Positions 27,789 to 40,669 of a DNA stretch of 64,000 nt are shown here, piece by piece. Positions within the stretch are counted from its first letter, which is position 1. The number at the start of each line of letters is the position of its first letter. The notes beneath the pieces are model-generated. The model ran no database searches. It saw only the letters and a list, made by a program, of their open reading frames with translations, and was not told the origin of the DNA. The stretch is from Yuukianura sp. NJ FZ-2021 (Eukaryota), in contig CM102290.1 of assembly GCA_046563655.1 (NCBI GenBank), positions 13,268,001-13,332,000 of the forward strand, read 5' to 3'. The translations under genes were made by a program, and so were the position numbers.

Positions 27789-27998
27789 CAGCAAAACCTC
27801 TCTTATTGCAACTCTCACCGATACCGTAGGCTCTCTAATTTTGTCACATCAGACCACCCAATATATTGTAAATGTGATTTTTTTTTAAAAATAATTTCCC
27901 TCAAAAAACTAAGGTATTTAAAAAAAATAGCGTAAGAATAGCGGGAAAAAATAAGCGCGAATTCAGCTATTGGAGTTGCTATAAGAAAGGTCCTTCTG
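27789..27998. mobile_element. CAGTA-family MITE, degenerate
   Basis: TA|CAGCAAAACCTCTCTTATTGCAACTC .. GAGTTGCTATAAGAAAGGTCCTTCTG|TA. Confidence 0.65.
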
Positions 27999-28383
27999 TA
28001 CTACTTAAAGTTTGCCCATATTTCTATCATTTTATGGCAAATTGCGACGAATAAGTGCATTAGTGTAGCTTTATGTAACGTTTGCCAAAATATTCAAATT
28101 GAACTTGTTTTTTTATCTTAACAAGAAAACTAGTTGACACCAATTGTTAGTTTAAGGTCAATTTAATTGTAAATTTAAATTTAACGTAAAAGTAGACATA
28201 CGATAGTTACCGACCTGTAACAACTTTTGATAAAACCATGACTGTTGTTCTTGAAACATCTTTTGAACACAGAAATCTAATTAAGCAATAAAAAGTTTTA
28301 GTTATTCTTATAGGAAATCCGCCCAAAGGCCTCTACTCAAATTGGCAATAGCCACCATGCACCTTGGTTCCTTAATAATTAAG

Positions 28384-28584
28384 CAGACATGCCAAAAATA
28401 TTTAGTCTCAATGGCTGTAGTGTTAACAAAAATTAATATTCCGGGTCTTTTTGGTACTAAACATTTATTTAAATGCCCCATGCCCTTAATGTTAAGTTCG
28501 TAAATGTTTCGAGTTTTTTTTCGGTAAATATTTTATTTATTTAAATATTTCGCTGGTTATTAGTAAATATTTTTGGCATGTCTG
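28384..28584. mobile_element. hAT-like MITE (CAG..CTG family)
   Basis: TIR CAGACATGCCAAAAATATTTA / TAAATATTTTTGGCATGTCTG; related to 33515, 51403 and a right-end fragment near 10290-10340. Confidence 0.8.
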
Positions 28585-29153
28585 TAATAAGTTAGTTAAG
28601 TTGTTAGGTTTGCTTTAATTTTTGGTGGTCCATTAACCTTCAGTTTAACTTCTGGGGTTACATCCTCATAAGAAGTATGAGAAATTGCAGTAATTAAGCA
28701 TAAGTGATTTATATTTGAGTGCAACAATGAGAAGAAGGGCCACGCCCTTGTCTCTTCCTTGAGTTTATGCAAAATTCATATAGAAATATAAAGACATTTT
28801 GCTCAAAATAATTCTCATCCTGTCCAAAAATAGGAATATAATTTTCAAAATTTAATAAAATTCGTGGTTGAAAACCCTGCGTTTAGGATAACCTATTCAA
28901 ATTGCATTTCATTGGATCACTGTTATTAAATTGCAGTGTCAGGAAGATCGAGGGCTGACCTCGCTAGAGCAATTTTGAAGCGTCAAGGTCAACTGCAATT
29001 TTATGCAAAAAAGTTTTTCTTAAATGTTTTTTTTACTCCATTTCCAATTCGTCTGACCTAAATACTTTAATTCACTTCCACTTTTATAATGAGCTGTTTA
29101 GTGGCCATTGTGATTTTGTTTCAATTTGAAATGCGACATTGATCGACTTCTCA

Positions 29154-29207
29154 TTTACTAAGCAGCAAAAGCTACTTTATGCATCGACCTTGTCTGTCTG
29201 TCCGTCC
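29154..29207 (+). mobile_element. DINE-1/HINE-like 5' end
   Basis: AAGCAGC-AAAA-GCTACTT hairpin, then TATGCATCGA and (GTCT/GTCC)n; nearly the same as the start at 47718. Confidence 0.5.
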
Positions 29208-30627
29208 TTTGGTGACTTACATCGGAAATAGCTAAATGTTGAACACAGTGACAAATTAAAGCAAATTTGTAGCTTTTTCATATTAGACATCTACAAATGC
29301 TACACTAACAAAATCTTAAACTAAAAATAACTGAAAATTTTGAACTGCTTTTGAACTTTCGGGAGTTTTAATGGACAAGGTTGGCTTTCTGGAAGATTTT
29401 GTTTTGAAATGTAAAGTATAATTGAAACAATGACGCGTGTAATGTCTCACATTGACCTCCATTTTGAAATTGATGCACTGATGTAATTGTACATAAAAAG
29501 TAATTGTGTTTAGTCAGTTTGCAAGTTGTTAACAATCAACAGTCGTAGCTCTGCTGCGTTTTGCTAGCTCATGTGTGTTAAGTTTATGGTGACACGAGAG
29601 GGCGCGGCCACTTGAATAGACGACAATGAGGAGCCGTGCAGTGTAATAACTTGTACCTGTAAATTGCATTGGAATCCTGAAAGCACACGACAAATTAACA
29701 ATTAAAATGACCTTTATTACGACATTTTAAACGTGAATTGTGACCAAAAAAATTTATTCGAAGGATGAAATGCTCATCTTCGGTCAAGGGCTCCATCGTA
29801 TATACTATTAATGTAAATTAAATTTCTTTACTTTAATTTTTTTTTGAACTCTGAGGTCAGTGACCTCTCAACTCTTTGCACAGTTCAAGTTTTTAAATCT
29901 GCATTACAGCTTCTGCTGCTTTGTTGATGTTAGAGCAAGTGTATTTTCATGCGGGTGATAATTGGGGTTGAATGGACTAATTTTTGTTATTAATTATCTT
30001 CAACAAGATTTTGAGTTGATAGAAAATTGGTTTTGAAAGTGGAAAATTTAAGGCTGAATTTGGGTGTGTGTTTAGAGAAAGTAGAAAGCTTCCTACATGT
30101 TTTCTGTCCTAAAGGACAAAGTGGGAGTGCTAAAGGTGTTATATTTCTTGGTAGTAAGTTGGAAAAGCAGAGTTTGACCAAGGCACTCCTTGGATTTGAA
30201 GTTCATGTGGGTCAGGAGGTCATTTCTATGCAGATTCAACATTCAGCACTTCTTCTGACTCCCAGCAAACCAAGAAGAAGCTCATTCAAAGTTGTCTGCC
30301 TCCTGGGCTGGGGAAATGGAAAAACAATGAAAAAAATCTGATGAAATCAACATGAACGCTGCTCTTCTTGTTCTCCTTCAAAGTCTCTTTTCTTGTATTA
30401 ATTGAAATGATCAACCAAATATCCGCTACTACCAAAAGATGCTGAATGCTGATGCTGGTAGTGCTGAGCGTTGAACTCCCAATCCACATTTCACTTCACT
30501 TTCAGTAATTTCCAATCCACAAAACTCGTTTTTTTCAATTCTGAACATTTAACTAACAATTGTTCCTTGACTTTTCCAATTGTTTTTTTCTGTATGCAGC
30601 AACGGTGTTGAAGTCAAAATTTTGTTT

Positions 30628-30855
30628 GTTTTTTCCATAACAGGTTATACCATAACTCCTTTTTTTCAAATTTTCAAATTTTTTGAACCGCACAACTGAG
30701 GCGGATCCGTTGCGTTAGCAATTCGAAGTCAAAACTATGACTCCGCAACGTGAAAATTAAAAAAATTTAAAAAAATTATTGCGAAAATCAACAAAATTGT
30801 GACAAAAGTTGTTTTTTCATGTTTAAAAAAATCGGAGTTATGGCATAACCTGTTA
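30628..30855. mobile_element. Degenerate relative of the CAAGG MITEs (sub-terminal IR only)
   Basis: TAACAGGTTATACCATAACTCC / GGAGTTATGGCATAACCTGTTA inverted pair; outer ends not resolvable. Confidence 0.45.
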
Positions 30856-31997
30856 CTGCTTTGGTATAAATGGGCGCTGTAGCAACCTTAGTTTCCAGCA
30901 TAAAATGTAGGCTACCTGTGGTAACCTAGCAACCACAAATTTTGAGGACTTGCTGAAAGAAAGCCAGCATCCCTTCCTTCTGAAGAGGCTCGACTAATTC
31001 CTTTCGCTTCTGCATAACTTAAAGCAGAAAGTGTAAATTGCAAATTTGCAAATTTGAAATTTAGCTAATGGTTTCGTACAACCCTTGTACGAACTCAAAC
31101 ACTTTTGTGCTAAATGGAAATGGAGAAATTTTTTTTCTATTTTTTGCCCAGTCTACACCACGTTGTTAAAGTAATGGTTTGCACAATTTCCTTTTATGCC
31201 AAATTATGTTCAGGTTGACGCAAGTTTTTGCAAATTTTGAAAAATATTGGACAGTCTATTAGGCTAAAGTGTGTTTACATTTTTTGAAGACGACAAATAT
31301 GAAAAGAGTTTTGAGTCGCGGCTTTGTGTCTGTGATCTTTATGAAGATGAGATTCAAATCCTTTGAAATCTTTTTTTTACAAGTGACTCTGAGATCACGG
31401 AGGCGTGGAAAAGTGACATTAGTGTCGATGAAAGCAGCAGCAGAGAGTCATTATTTGGTCATCAGTTTCTTAAGTGAGTAGATAAGATGCTCACGTAGTA
31501 CAAAAGATGCAATTCAAAGAAATTACTGTAAAAAGATTCACAAATTTTACCAATACTACATTTGACAATGCTAATACAAAATAATGTTCAGTTAGGATTA
31601 TATAGTAGCAGTGATTTTCTGTGTAAATATCAAATCTCTTTTTTTTATCGAAATTTTATTTTGAATTTAAAGTGGCCAAACTTTGAAAAACTGACGTTAA
31701 TGTAGAGCTATTTGCAGTTTTACAGTAAAACAACAATGATTTTCAAATTCCGGAAGCAGTTTATTGAAGTTGAGTGTGATTTACTGCCTACCGTTGATAA
31801 AGCTAACACCTAAAAATAATACTGATTTTACCTTCTCCTCATACTTTCAGCTTTTCTTAAAATTAATGGCTAAATTTTGTCGTTTAGCGTCAAATTTCTG
31901 AAATGTTGGAAGCATTGTACCGAATATATCGCGCAGCGTGGGTTGATACAATACTGTAGGAAATGGCACTACCAGCATAGCTAATGAATGTCTCAAT

Positions 31998-32160
31998 CAA
32001 GGTTGCTGCAGCAACGAAGTAGTTTTCCTTTAACAGGTTAGGCAATAAGTTTTGTTTTCGAAAAATCTTGAGTCTAGCAATTTGTTGCACCTTTTTTTAA
32101 ATTTTTTGAGTTATTGCCTAACCTGTTAAAGTAAAAGTATTTCTTTGTTTATCCACCTTG
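31998..32160. mobile_element. P-like CAAGG MITE, internally deleted
   Basis: CAAGG..CCTTG; TSD GTCTCAAT/GTATCAAT; IR TTAACAGGTTAGGCAATAA. Confidence 0.8.
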
Positions 32161-32201
32161 GTATCAATACTCGAGGGGTCCAGTAGATCATATGGTGTAG
32201 A

Positions 32202-32369
32202 CGTAGCAGGTAATTTGGTCGGAAGTGAATTGGTCGGAAACGCAGAGGTCGGCAGGCGTATATGGGATTTAGGTTAGGTTTGGTTAATCTTTCTAATGCT
32301 AGGGGTAGGTTAGGTTTGCCGACCACTGGGTTTTCGACCAATGCAATTCCGACCAAATTACCTGGAACC
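32202..32369. mobile_element. MITE with 8-bp TSD and internal TTAGG repeats
   Basis: CAGGTAATTTGGTCGGAA / TTCCGACCAAATTACCTG inverted pair; flanked on both sides by GGTGTAGA. Confidence 0.75.
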
Positions 32370-33514
32370 GGTGTAGAGCATCTTCCTACACTGAAGATGG
32401 CGTGGGATCGGATCTCACCAAGTTCAATACATTTTTCTCACGGTATTGAGCTAACAAACGTCTCTTAAAACGTCTCCACAGAATTGGAGCCCTATGTGGT
32501 AGGAATATACGTGGGAGACTGACTATGGTACGCGTGCTGAAAAGAAGACGGTTAAGATAAGATCAAATGATGGAATGACAAGATTAAGTTGATGGCACCG
32601 TTTCATCTCAATGACATGGATCCTTCCGTCGTCACACGGTGCCATAATAACATCTCGTATAGTACCATTTTTTAGGTAAAGTGCGTTTCTTTTCTCATAA
32701 AATACAGATTTAAATGGAGCACGGGACCAACTGCCCTTTGCGAATAAAATTTTCAACGCCTCTCAAAGTTTTGCTGCCAAAGAACGGCCAGATAGCAGCC
32801 CGAAAAGGCTTCCACCCCCAGACCATGAATTTTTACGGATTACTCTGAAAAGCTATGTGTCTTGTCCATTTGGCATTTGGGATTCATTTTTGCGTTAAAT
32901 TGCTCCAAATTTTTCAAAAATTTATAAATTATCAATCTACCAAAACAGAAATTAAGCAAAAAACAATTTTTTCTAACTCACGTTTTGCACATCAAAAAAA
33001 AATCACCACTAGAAAATATCATACAACGTTGTTCGTTCATTCCAATTTGTCAAACATTTTTTTTAATTCAAAATTTTTCAAAAACCAAAAACTACAAAAA
33101 TTCGAAACTACTACAGAGCAAGTTCAAGATCGTAATAGGTATACTATGTTACGTAAAAGGTGACACGTCCTCTGTGCGCAAAAAAAAAAGATATTAGAGG
33201 CTGACCAACAGGAATAACAGAAACGACTTAATTGTAAATAGAGAATAAGAAAATAATACAGTACAAAGGTAAATTTTTAAATGTTGTGAGTCTACTAAAC
33301 TGTAAATACAGAGTTGTTATTAGTTCAGGTTGAAGAAGAATTTTGGGCACAGTGTACTTCTCCTAAAAGTGACTTTAATTCTAAACAGAGTTTAGCAAAA
33401 TACGGATCTAAAGAATATAAACAAAACTATTTCACCATTTAAATTAAATTAATTTTATCACTGGGAAACTTAAAAGGAAGCACTCGTACAAAAAATGAAA
33501 TTCAAACTTATGAG

Positions 33515-33706
33515 CAGGGATGTCAAAAATAATTGGTCTCCATGCCCTTAATGTTAATAAAAAAAACTATTTGCGTCTTTTTTGTTACTCAATATTTCCT
33601 CATGCCCTTCATATTAATTAACTAAGCATTTAGACGATTTTTTTAAAAAATAATTTTTTTTGTCAAAATTTTGGGGGGTTTTTAGTACATATTTTTGACA
33701 ACCCTG
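33515..33706. mobile_element. hAT-like MITE
   Basis: CAGGGATGTCAAAAATA / TATTTTTGACAACCCTG; 8-bp TSD CTTATGAG/CTTATAAG. Confidence 0.8.
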
Positions 33707-33934
33707 CTTATAAGTTATTCCACATAAACTTCAGATTTTTGGGAAAAAAAAATAGGAAAATTATGTTTTAAAAATAGTTTTTAGTTAACGAAAAACTAAG
33801 TATTTAGGACTACGATTATGAAAAAACGAATATTGCACCAGACTTTATTCTAGAGGATTCTTGAGAAGAATAAAATTAGACTTTTTTTTGGATAAAGAAG
33901 ACAAACAAAATGAAACAAACGGAGCTACATGAAA

Positions 33935-36900
33935 CTACACCATTTGAACAGTCGCCCACGCATTGAACGTCACTTTCTTATTAACTTTTTTCTTCACCTT
34001 GTTTCCCGTGTTGTCTCCCGGTTGCGTCCACATTCCATTTAACTTGGGCATCAAATTCTCCCGGAAGTTTTGTTTGACTCTCTGAGACAAGTTGGCCCAG
34101 ACTCCAGGCGGATACGGCCCTGAGTCTCGCAGTAAAATTTTTGCAGTTCCTTTTCCAGTCAAATGGCTCAAGGTCGATGTTTTTGAAATTCCGCGGCGCA
34201 GTGACTTTGGTGTAATTGGAACTGGGCGATGAGGGTTGAATGGAATAGATGCTGCTGCTGCACTGCCGGGAGTGAATTGCTGTGATTTCCTCGTTTCGGC
34301 AATCTCGGTCCAAGCCGAGAATGGAACGAGGAGTTGTCGTCCATGGGTGCTGGCCCATGTCAAGTACTCTGTTCCTCCATTGACATTGGTCAGGGCATGA
34401 GAAGGCACAAAGTTCAATGACCTTTGGTAGGGGGCAAAGGTCGATGACGTCCGACCCATGACCTGATACAAGTAGGACTCTTTCGGATAACTACTTCTAG
34501 GTGTGCTCACACTCTCTGTTTTCAATGGAACCAAAACAACAGGTTTCCCGCCAACTTTTAGTTTTCCAGGAGTAGAGTTTAGTTGAAGTCTTCGTTGAGG
34601 GCGGAATGGAGCTCGGATGCTTGTGATTTGACTTTCGTCGTCCGAATCTTCTTCGGATTCGGTATCGACTAACCGATTCGGATGTTCCGGAGTACCGTTT
34701 TCAGTTTCAGAGTCGACTCTCATGTCATTTGAATTTATAGCAGGGACTGAAAAGTAGTGACGTTGGAATGAAAGTGTGTTGAAGTTTCGAGGAATCGTTC
34801 CAAGTGATTTAGGAGGCGGGTTTGACGCAAAGTCAATAGATTTTGCTAAATTTTTCGGTTTAGGGGGATCGTGTAGAGCAAAATCTACGACTGGCGGTTG
34901 AGGAATTGTAAAAACTTGGACTTTTGAAGTAGTTTCTGGAAGGACTTCGGTGGGTTGAATAGATGGAAGAGAGAGGTAGCGTTGATTCTCTCTGTTGTTT
35001 AGAGCTGACGACAAAACGGAACAAGTACGAGGCGGGGGCGGGGGTGGGGCCAACCCTGGTCCCGGTGGGACCGTCCCACCTTGACTTCCATTCATTTTGT
35101 GTTTGACTGGTTTCACTTTGAGTCGAACTTCACGGTACTTTTGAAACAGTTCCTCAGCTTCGGTCTTTGATCGAAACGAAGTTATGAGAGCCACCATCTT
35201 GGATAAATGTTTAACCACCCACACTAGAGTAGAAGGATGGAGACTATCGGCATGGCAAAACAGGACGTCCTGGATAGGATAAGATTGGAACGATGAAATG
35301 TTCGGCAGGGATTCCCACGATTGCGGAGATCTTTCTCCGGAGAAAGTCGGGGATGAAAATTCATCCGAATCGGAGCCATTGCCGGATGAAGAGTTGGAGT
35401 CATCCAGAAATGACTGAATATTGGAAGCACTGGAAATGCTTGTGTTGTCATTAGAAGCTACTGATGACATGGACAGGAGTTGCGTGGAAACTCCATTTTC
35501 TTCCTTGACCTTTGACACATCCAGGTCCTTCATGAGCTCAGTCAAATCAAGGTCAGAAGGTTCTTGGATTTTGATTGACCGAAGTGACTCCGAATCGGAT
35601 TCAAATCCTTCATCTCGTGATCGAAATCCAGGCGCAGTAAGTTTGAGTCCACGTTCAGAACAGTCTACAGTGTACCTTCAACCATGAAAAAAAAAAGTTT
35701 TTTGAAACTTTTAAACTTTTTGTTTTGAAAGATGAAGAAAATCATGACTCGCATTTTCCTGGTCCAAATAGTTTTGGTTGAACCTATTATTATTTTTCAA
35801 ATTATGATCCAGCCAAGAGCTCTTCCTACATTCTCAATTCGTGTATGAAAAAAAAAACCTCAATTGTAACAAACATACACAGAGATGGTAAGAAAACATG
35901 GTAATCAGAAAAGTGATCCCAAAAAGATGCGATGAGGGGCTGATGCCTTAATAGCATATTGAAAATCCGTCGGCTGCTCTACTGCCCCGAGCTACAAATT
36001 CTTTTAAGAAAATGAAAAATGAAATTGGATTTTTGAGGGTTCAGAACACTCACATTCTCGGCTTTAAAAAGTTTCAAAATTTTTATAAATTATATGTTGA
36101 CGCAGTGGCCCTGGGTGCTTTAAATTTGTAATTCTTCCTTTTTTTAAATTTTTGAGTACAGTAGAACCTCTCATTGTGCAACATTTGCTCCGTCTTTGCT
36201 GACCCCGAGATAGGAACCGTAAAACTTAAATTTTTGGTGGGATTTAACTTGTAAACAACGATAGCCTACATTAGAACCTGATAGCGATAGCACAATGGTT
36301 AGAGTTCTTCCTAGATTGAAGAGACGTGGGTTCGAGTCCCACGCGGTTCTTTATTTTTTCTGCTCTGCACTGTTGTTCTTTGGTTCTCAAGCCATGTGAA
36401 TCTAACCCTGAACCTTACATGTGTCAGAATTCGGAGCCGTGCAGAAGCCGGGAAAACTCTTGTTCAAACGAACCAATCAGAGCGTGTTGCACAATGAGAG
36501 GTTCCACTGTATCTCAAAGCTTATAAAGCAGAAAGCGAAGCTCTTACTTGATTCCATCGTGGAATTTGAGTTGTTTCTTTCCAGTCTCAGGGAGTTGGTA
36601 CCTCTGCATTAGCGTAGTGACCAGGTTTGCTAAAACTTCAGAACGAATGGCTCCATCCAATTGAACTTTTCCCAGCAGGTACCCCGTAGAGCTCCCCATC
36701 TTTTCAACTGAAATCATAAAAAACAACCGTACTGCCATCAAAATTTTATTTTTGCTTAAGAATTCATCCAACGGAGATGAATTTTTCATTTGTAAAAGTT
36801 GAAGAAGTTACTCCAGGCACATTGTAAAGCCATTCATTAAATTGAATGGTTCTAAGTGCTATGTACACTGAAAAATGGAGGACTGTGCACAGTGTACAAT

Positions 36901-37098
36901 GAGTCTTCATCATCATTGTTGGTTCACCGTATCCAACACATGACATGACACGAATTAATTTCAAATTTGCATTCTCATCATCCTATCATCCACAATTCAA
37001 AATCCTTACTCTGCAAAAATCCGACGGAAGATGCACGAGTCTTTGCCACTTTTTTACTGTGCAATGACTGTTCCAATAGGACAAGCCATTTGGAGAGT
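33935..37098 (-). CDS. Divergent (split) PTB-like, proline-rich protein B; exons 37098-37010 (open frame; coding or UTR), 36707-36548, 35675-33935; ~630 aa from ATG 36699; 5' end uncertain
   Basis: In-frame junctions CAGA|gtaagg..tttcag|TT and ATCAA|gtaaga..ttgaag|G. PTB-like elements GYLLGKV, helix, YTVDCSERGLKL, then QSYPIQDVLFCHAD..LVWVVK..VALITSFRSKTEAEELFQKY. C-terminus KKVTFNAWATVQMV. Confidence 0.75.
36159..36509. mobile_element. CAGTA-family MITE carrying a ~150-bp tRNA-like insertion (intron of gene B)
   Basis: TA|CAGTAGAACCTCTCATTGTGCAAC .. GTTGCACAATGAGAGGTTCCACTG|TA; about 140 bp longer than sister copies at 43159 and 59300. Confidence 0.85.
36274..36349 (+). pseudogene. tRNA-like sequence (pseudo-tRNA or tRNA-derived SINE head)
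   Basis: A-box TAGCACAATGG; stem TCTTC-CTAGATT-GAAGA; T arm GTGGG-TTCGAGT-CCCAC (B-box); GAACC/GGTTC acceptor-like pairing; T-run immediately after; 5' part has a GATAGC duplication. Confidence 0.65.
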
Positions 37099-37371
37099 CT
37101 AACAATAAAATGAACTGTTACTCTAACGTTTCAATTGTTCATTCAAAATTTAGCTACTTATAACCAAAAGACTTCCAACTTTGAGTAAAAACAAATTCAA
37201 TTTCAAAATTTACACAAAAAATGAGCAGTCGAAACTAAATTTTGGTGTAAATTTTTACGAAAACCATCGCTGAGTAGAAAAAAAAAGTAAACTGCAAATT
37301 GCAAAAAATTTAGGAAAAAGGAAATGGCAACAAATTTGATTCGCATTCTGTCACTAGTATTTGCAGTGTTA

Positions 37372-37504
37372 CCGTATTTCCTCGCCTATAACACGCACTC
37401 GTGTATAAGACGCAGCGCAGCTACCAATTCTCAAAAATACCTCAAAAGCTCGAATACTGCGAAATTTCTCAGATAAGACGCGCCTTATACGCGAGGAAAT
37501 ACGG
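37372..37504. mobile_element. CCGTA-type MITE
   Basis: TA|CCGTATTTCCTCGCCTATAA .. TTATACGCGAGGAAATACGG|TA. Confidence 0.8.
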
Positions 37505-38687
37505 TAATTAAAAGTTTCAGCTCAAAAACAAAGCGAGAAGAAGCGGAAAATTTGAATTCTCGGGCCGAACTGACGCCGATTTTGAAAAAAATGAAGTCAG
37601 CCGCCACTACACATCTCCGTTAAAGTAAAACGATGATTGTAGTGGTAAAGTTGGGCTGTAATTTGTGATAAATTAAAATTTAGCTTGAGTATTAACTGAC
37701 TGCTACTCAAGTTGAGGTGTGTGAACCACCTTATAGTTACGGAGTCGTTTGTTGCAGGAGTTTTAAGTCCTATCATCTTGTTTGCTCTAATTTTTTGGTA
37801 CTAAAGAAATTGTTTGGTTGAGGGAACAAGGCGGCCTTCATTGTGGAGCAGCAAATGATCTCGTAACATCCGTTAGGTTTTGCTACTTGTGTTCATTTTG
37901 GTGAATTAAAGTCCGATTTCCTACTGACAGGAGAGCAATTACGTAAGATGGACTCAATGAGATCTACACCTTGTGGTGCAATGTGATGGTCCGATTCTGA
38001 TTTGTTAGGAAAGAGTCCTTAGTCACAGGCCAAAGAACTTTTGAAGTCAAAATTGACGTTATAAGGTAGGTTAATCAGTGTAGCGAAGAAGAAGCGTGCG
38101 CAAGAGCCCTTATTCCGGCTCAGTTCTTCTAGGAATTACTTAACACTGACCCCACTCACCTCCGTAGTATTACAACGTGTCAAATTGTGACTCACAAAAA
38201 GTAGAAATAGTCCAATACGAAAGGAGTGCGTGATTAAAAATTAATGATAAATTAAAACTTAAAAATGTATTGACCAATAATTAATACAAAAATTTCAGAA
38301 TTCCTGTGACTCCAGCCCAAATCATAATTTTAAAGAATCCATAACTATTTTAACCTTGTTCTTATTAAGTATTTGGAGCTATTTAATAAAACCGTAACCT
38401 AATGTCTGTCTGTCTGTTCGTGGGTTACTCAGTAACCGTTGAATGGATTCCAAATCTATTTCTGGGGAAAGTTACTAACAACAGTACTTGATTACCGGTG
38501 TTAAAAATTACTCTCATCGCTCATAAAGTTCCTATATGTCAAAGGTCAAAGTTCAGCACATTTTGTAATGGAGACTTTAAAAATTAAGAGTAACAATATT
38601 AGTATGTAAGACTACAGTGAAAGTAAGATTTACTGAAATTTTTATCCCTTGAATTGTTTTTTAGTTTTCAATTCAAAGTTACGAGTA

Positions 38688-38853
38688 CCCTAGTTCACGG
38701 CGTATATCTCGCGGGTTATCTCACGTTTTTCCGGCTCTCGGCAAAATACATAAGAAGAATTACATTTTGGTGTTTTACTTAAATAAATCTATTCCCTTAA
38801 ATATTTTTTAGTGCGTGTATAAGCAGCTGCGAGATATACGCTGTAAAATAGGG
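38688..38853. mobile_element. CCGTA/CCCTA-type MITE
   Basis: TA|CCCTAGTTCACGGCGTATATCTCGC .. GCGAGATATACGCTGTAAAATAGGG|TA. Confidence 0.75.
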
Positions 38854-40669
38854 TAAATTTTAAATTTTGGTTTATAAATTTTGAAGTAGCCAAAATAGTT
38901 TTTAAGATCCGTTTTCCATATGAGAGTTTTCTTTTAGTAATGTTTTTACAAAACGTGGGTGTAGAACTAAATTGTGTTTTGGCTATGTTAGTACAAGGAG
39001 TGGCTCTCTGCGGGAATTTGTGAATGTGTGAAAAGTCCGCTTACGCTGATTTAGAAAGTCCTCGAGTTATTAAGATCCAAAAGCCAACTTTTTCAGACAA
39101 ATCCTTAACGAGTCCCCATTTTCCTTCTGTCCTTCTTTCACCAAAAATATTTTCAAATTCAAAACTCCTTTTTTGAATTTTATTGTGCTTGGTCCACTCC
39201 ACTGTTACACTCTGTCGGACTTTAAATTTCTTCACACACTTGTAGCCGCTGCATGGGTTATTTTTAAAAAGTAACACCGAGGCACCATAGATCACACTTT
39301 TAACAAAACTGAAACTTCCATGCCTTGACAGGTCCAGGCGTCCTTGTCTGAATAGGCTAAGTGCCAGGGGCCTTCCAAGGGCTTGGCATTTCCATGATTT
39401 ACTTCTTTTTTTAGATTCAATGGAATTCACTTTTTTCAAAGTTCACTTTTTGTGGCAACGGGTGTACTACAATAGCTCACTAGAGTCCAGTCACCTCTGA
39501 TGCCTCTTTGACACACAGACACAAATTACAATCAAAACAACAATGAAGTGGAGGTGGACGGAAGGAATGAAGATGAAAAAAGTATTTGAGGGGATGATTT
39601 TTGAAGATGGTGTGGCGCCCAGTGCAACTTGGACTAAGCTTCTAGCTTCTTTTCAAATCATTTGAATCCCCAATGCACTTTAGCTAACGGCGTTGGTGAT
39701 AGTTGCTATACTTCAAAGTTGAAAAAAAAGTTTAAAACTGGTCCTAGGACTGGGCTAGGCAAGTTCACTGGCCAAATTCCACAGTGTGCACAGCTCGATT
39801 TGACGAAAATGCTTGAACATTTTTTGACCTTGCAAGGAACAGTCGAAAGGAGGATCTTGAACTAACACTCTTTCTGAACCTGTTCCATTTGAACAACGTT
39901 TTTCACTACAATAGGAACACCTTCCGATCTCATCTTCTCAAAAGATGCAAGGCTACCAAAATATTTCATCTTCTTGTCTGCACTTTACTGGTGGCTCTCA
40001 GTATCTCAAAGAGGGACTTGGATGATGCTGAGATGCTTCCCTTCGTTTTAGTAATGTGGACCAAGTTCTACAGGTTTTGGTCCCCTTCGTTTACTGAGGA
40101 TTTGGTGAGGTGGATTGGCTCAATTTTTAAGAATCTTTTCCCGCATTGCCACCATTTGCTGACCAACTGAAGCTTTTGAAGTTGTAACTTTTTTCAAATG
40201 TTCCCTCTCTTTTTTGAGCATTGTGTCCACTTTGGTTTTTTGAGGAATCTTGTTCCTGACTGACTGATCCCATTTCCATGAGTGGAATGGAAGTAGGCTA
40301 CCTGTTCAATGTTGATTTCTCATTAGAACTAGAATTTATGAGGTTCAAGTCTCTGTGTAACCGCAGAGGCACTTTTGCGGGAACATTGAAAAAAGACAAC
40401 AATTGAAAAAGCAACTGCTAAAAGTTTCTGCTCCTCTGATTTTGCCTTTTCTCCGTGGTTTTTACAAGGAAAATGACACAGAAAACGAACACGATTTTTA
40501 AAATGTCTACAAAATTAGAAATTGAACTCAATAAATTTTTTCAATCACTGTCACTTGTTCGTTTAAACCAACACAGCTTTAAATTATAAATGTCGGATTG
40601 TCACTCTTTTCCAAAAAAAAACTTAATGTTTCAAATAAAAAATATTCAAGTTCATTTTTTTTTACATTA

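Noticed and set aside
36274..36349. Functional tRNA-Ser(AGA)
   Set aside because: No long variable arm, distorted acceptor/D-arm start, and located as an insertion within a MITE.
39600..40400. Possible first coding exon of gene B
   Set aside because: Only a ~50-codon minus-strand ORF ending in a stop; no convincing phase-2 donor identified.
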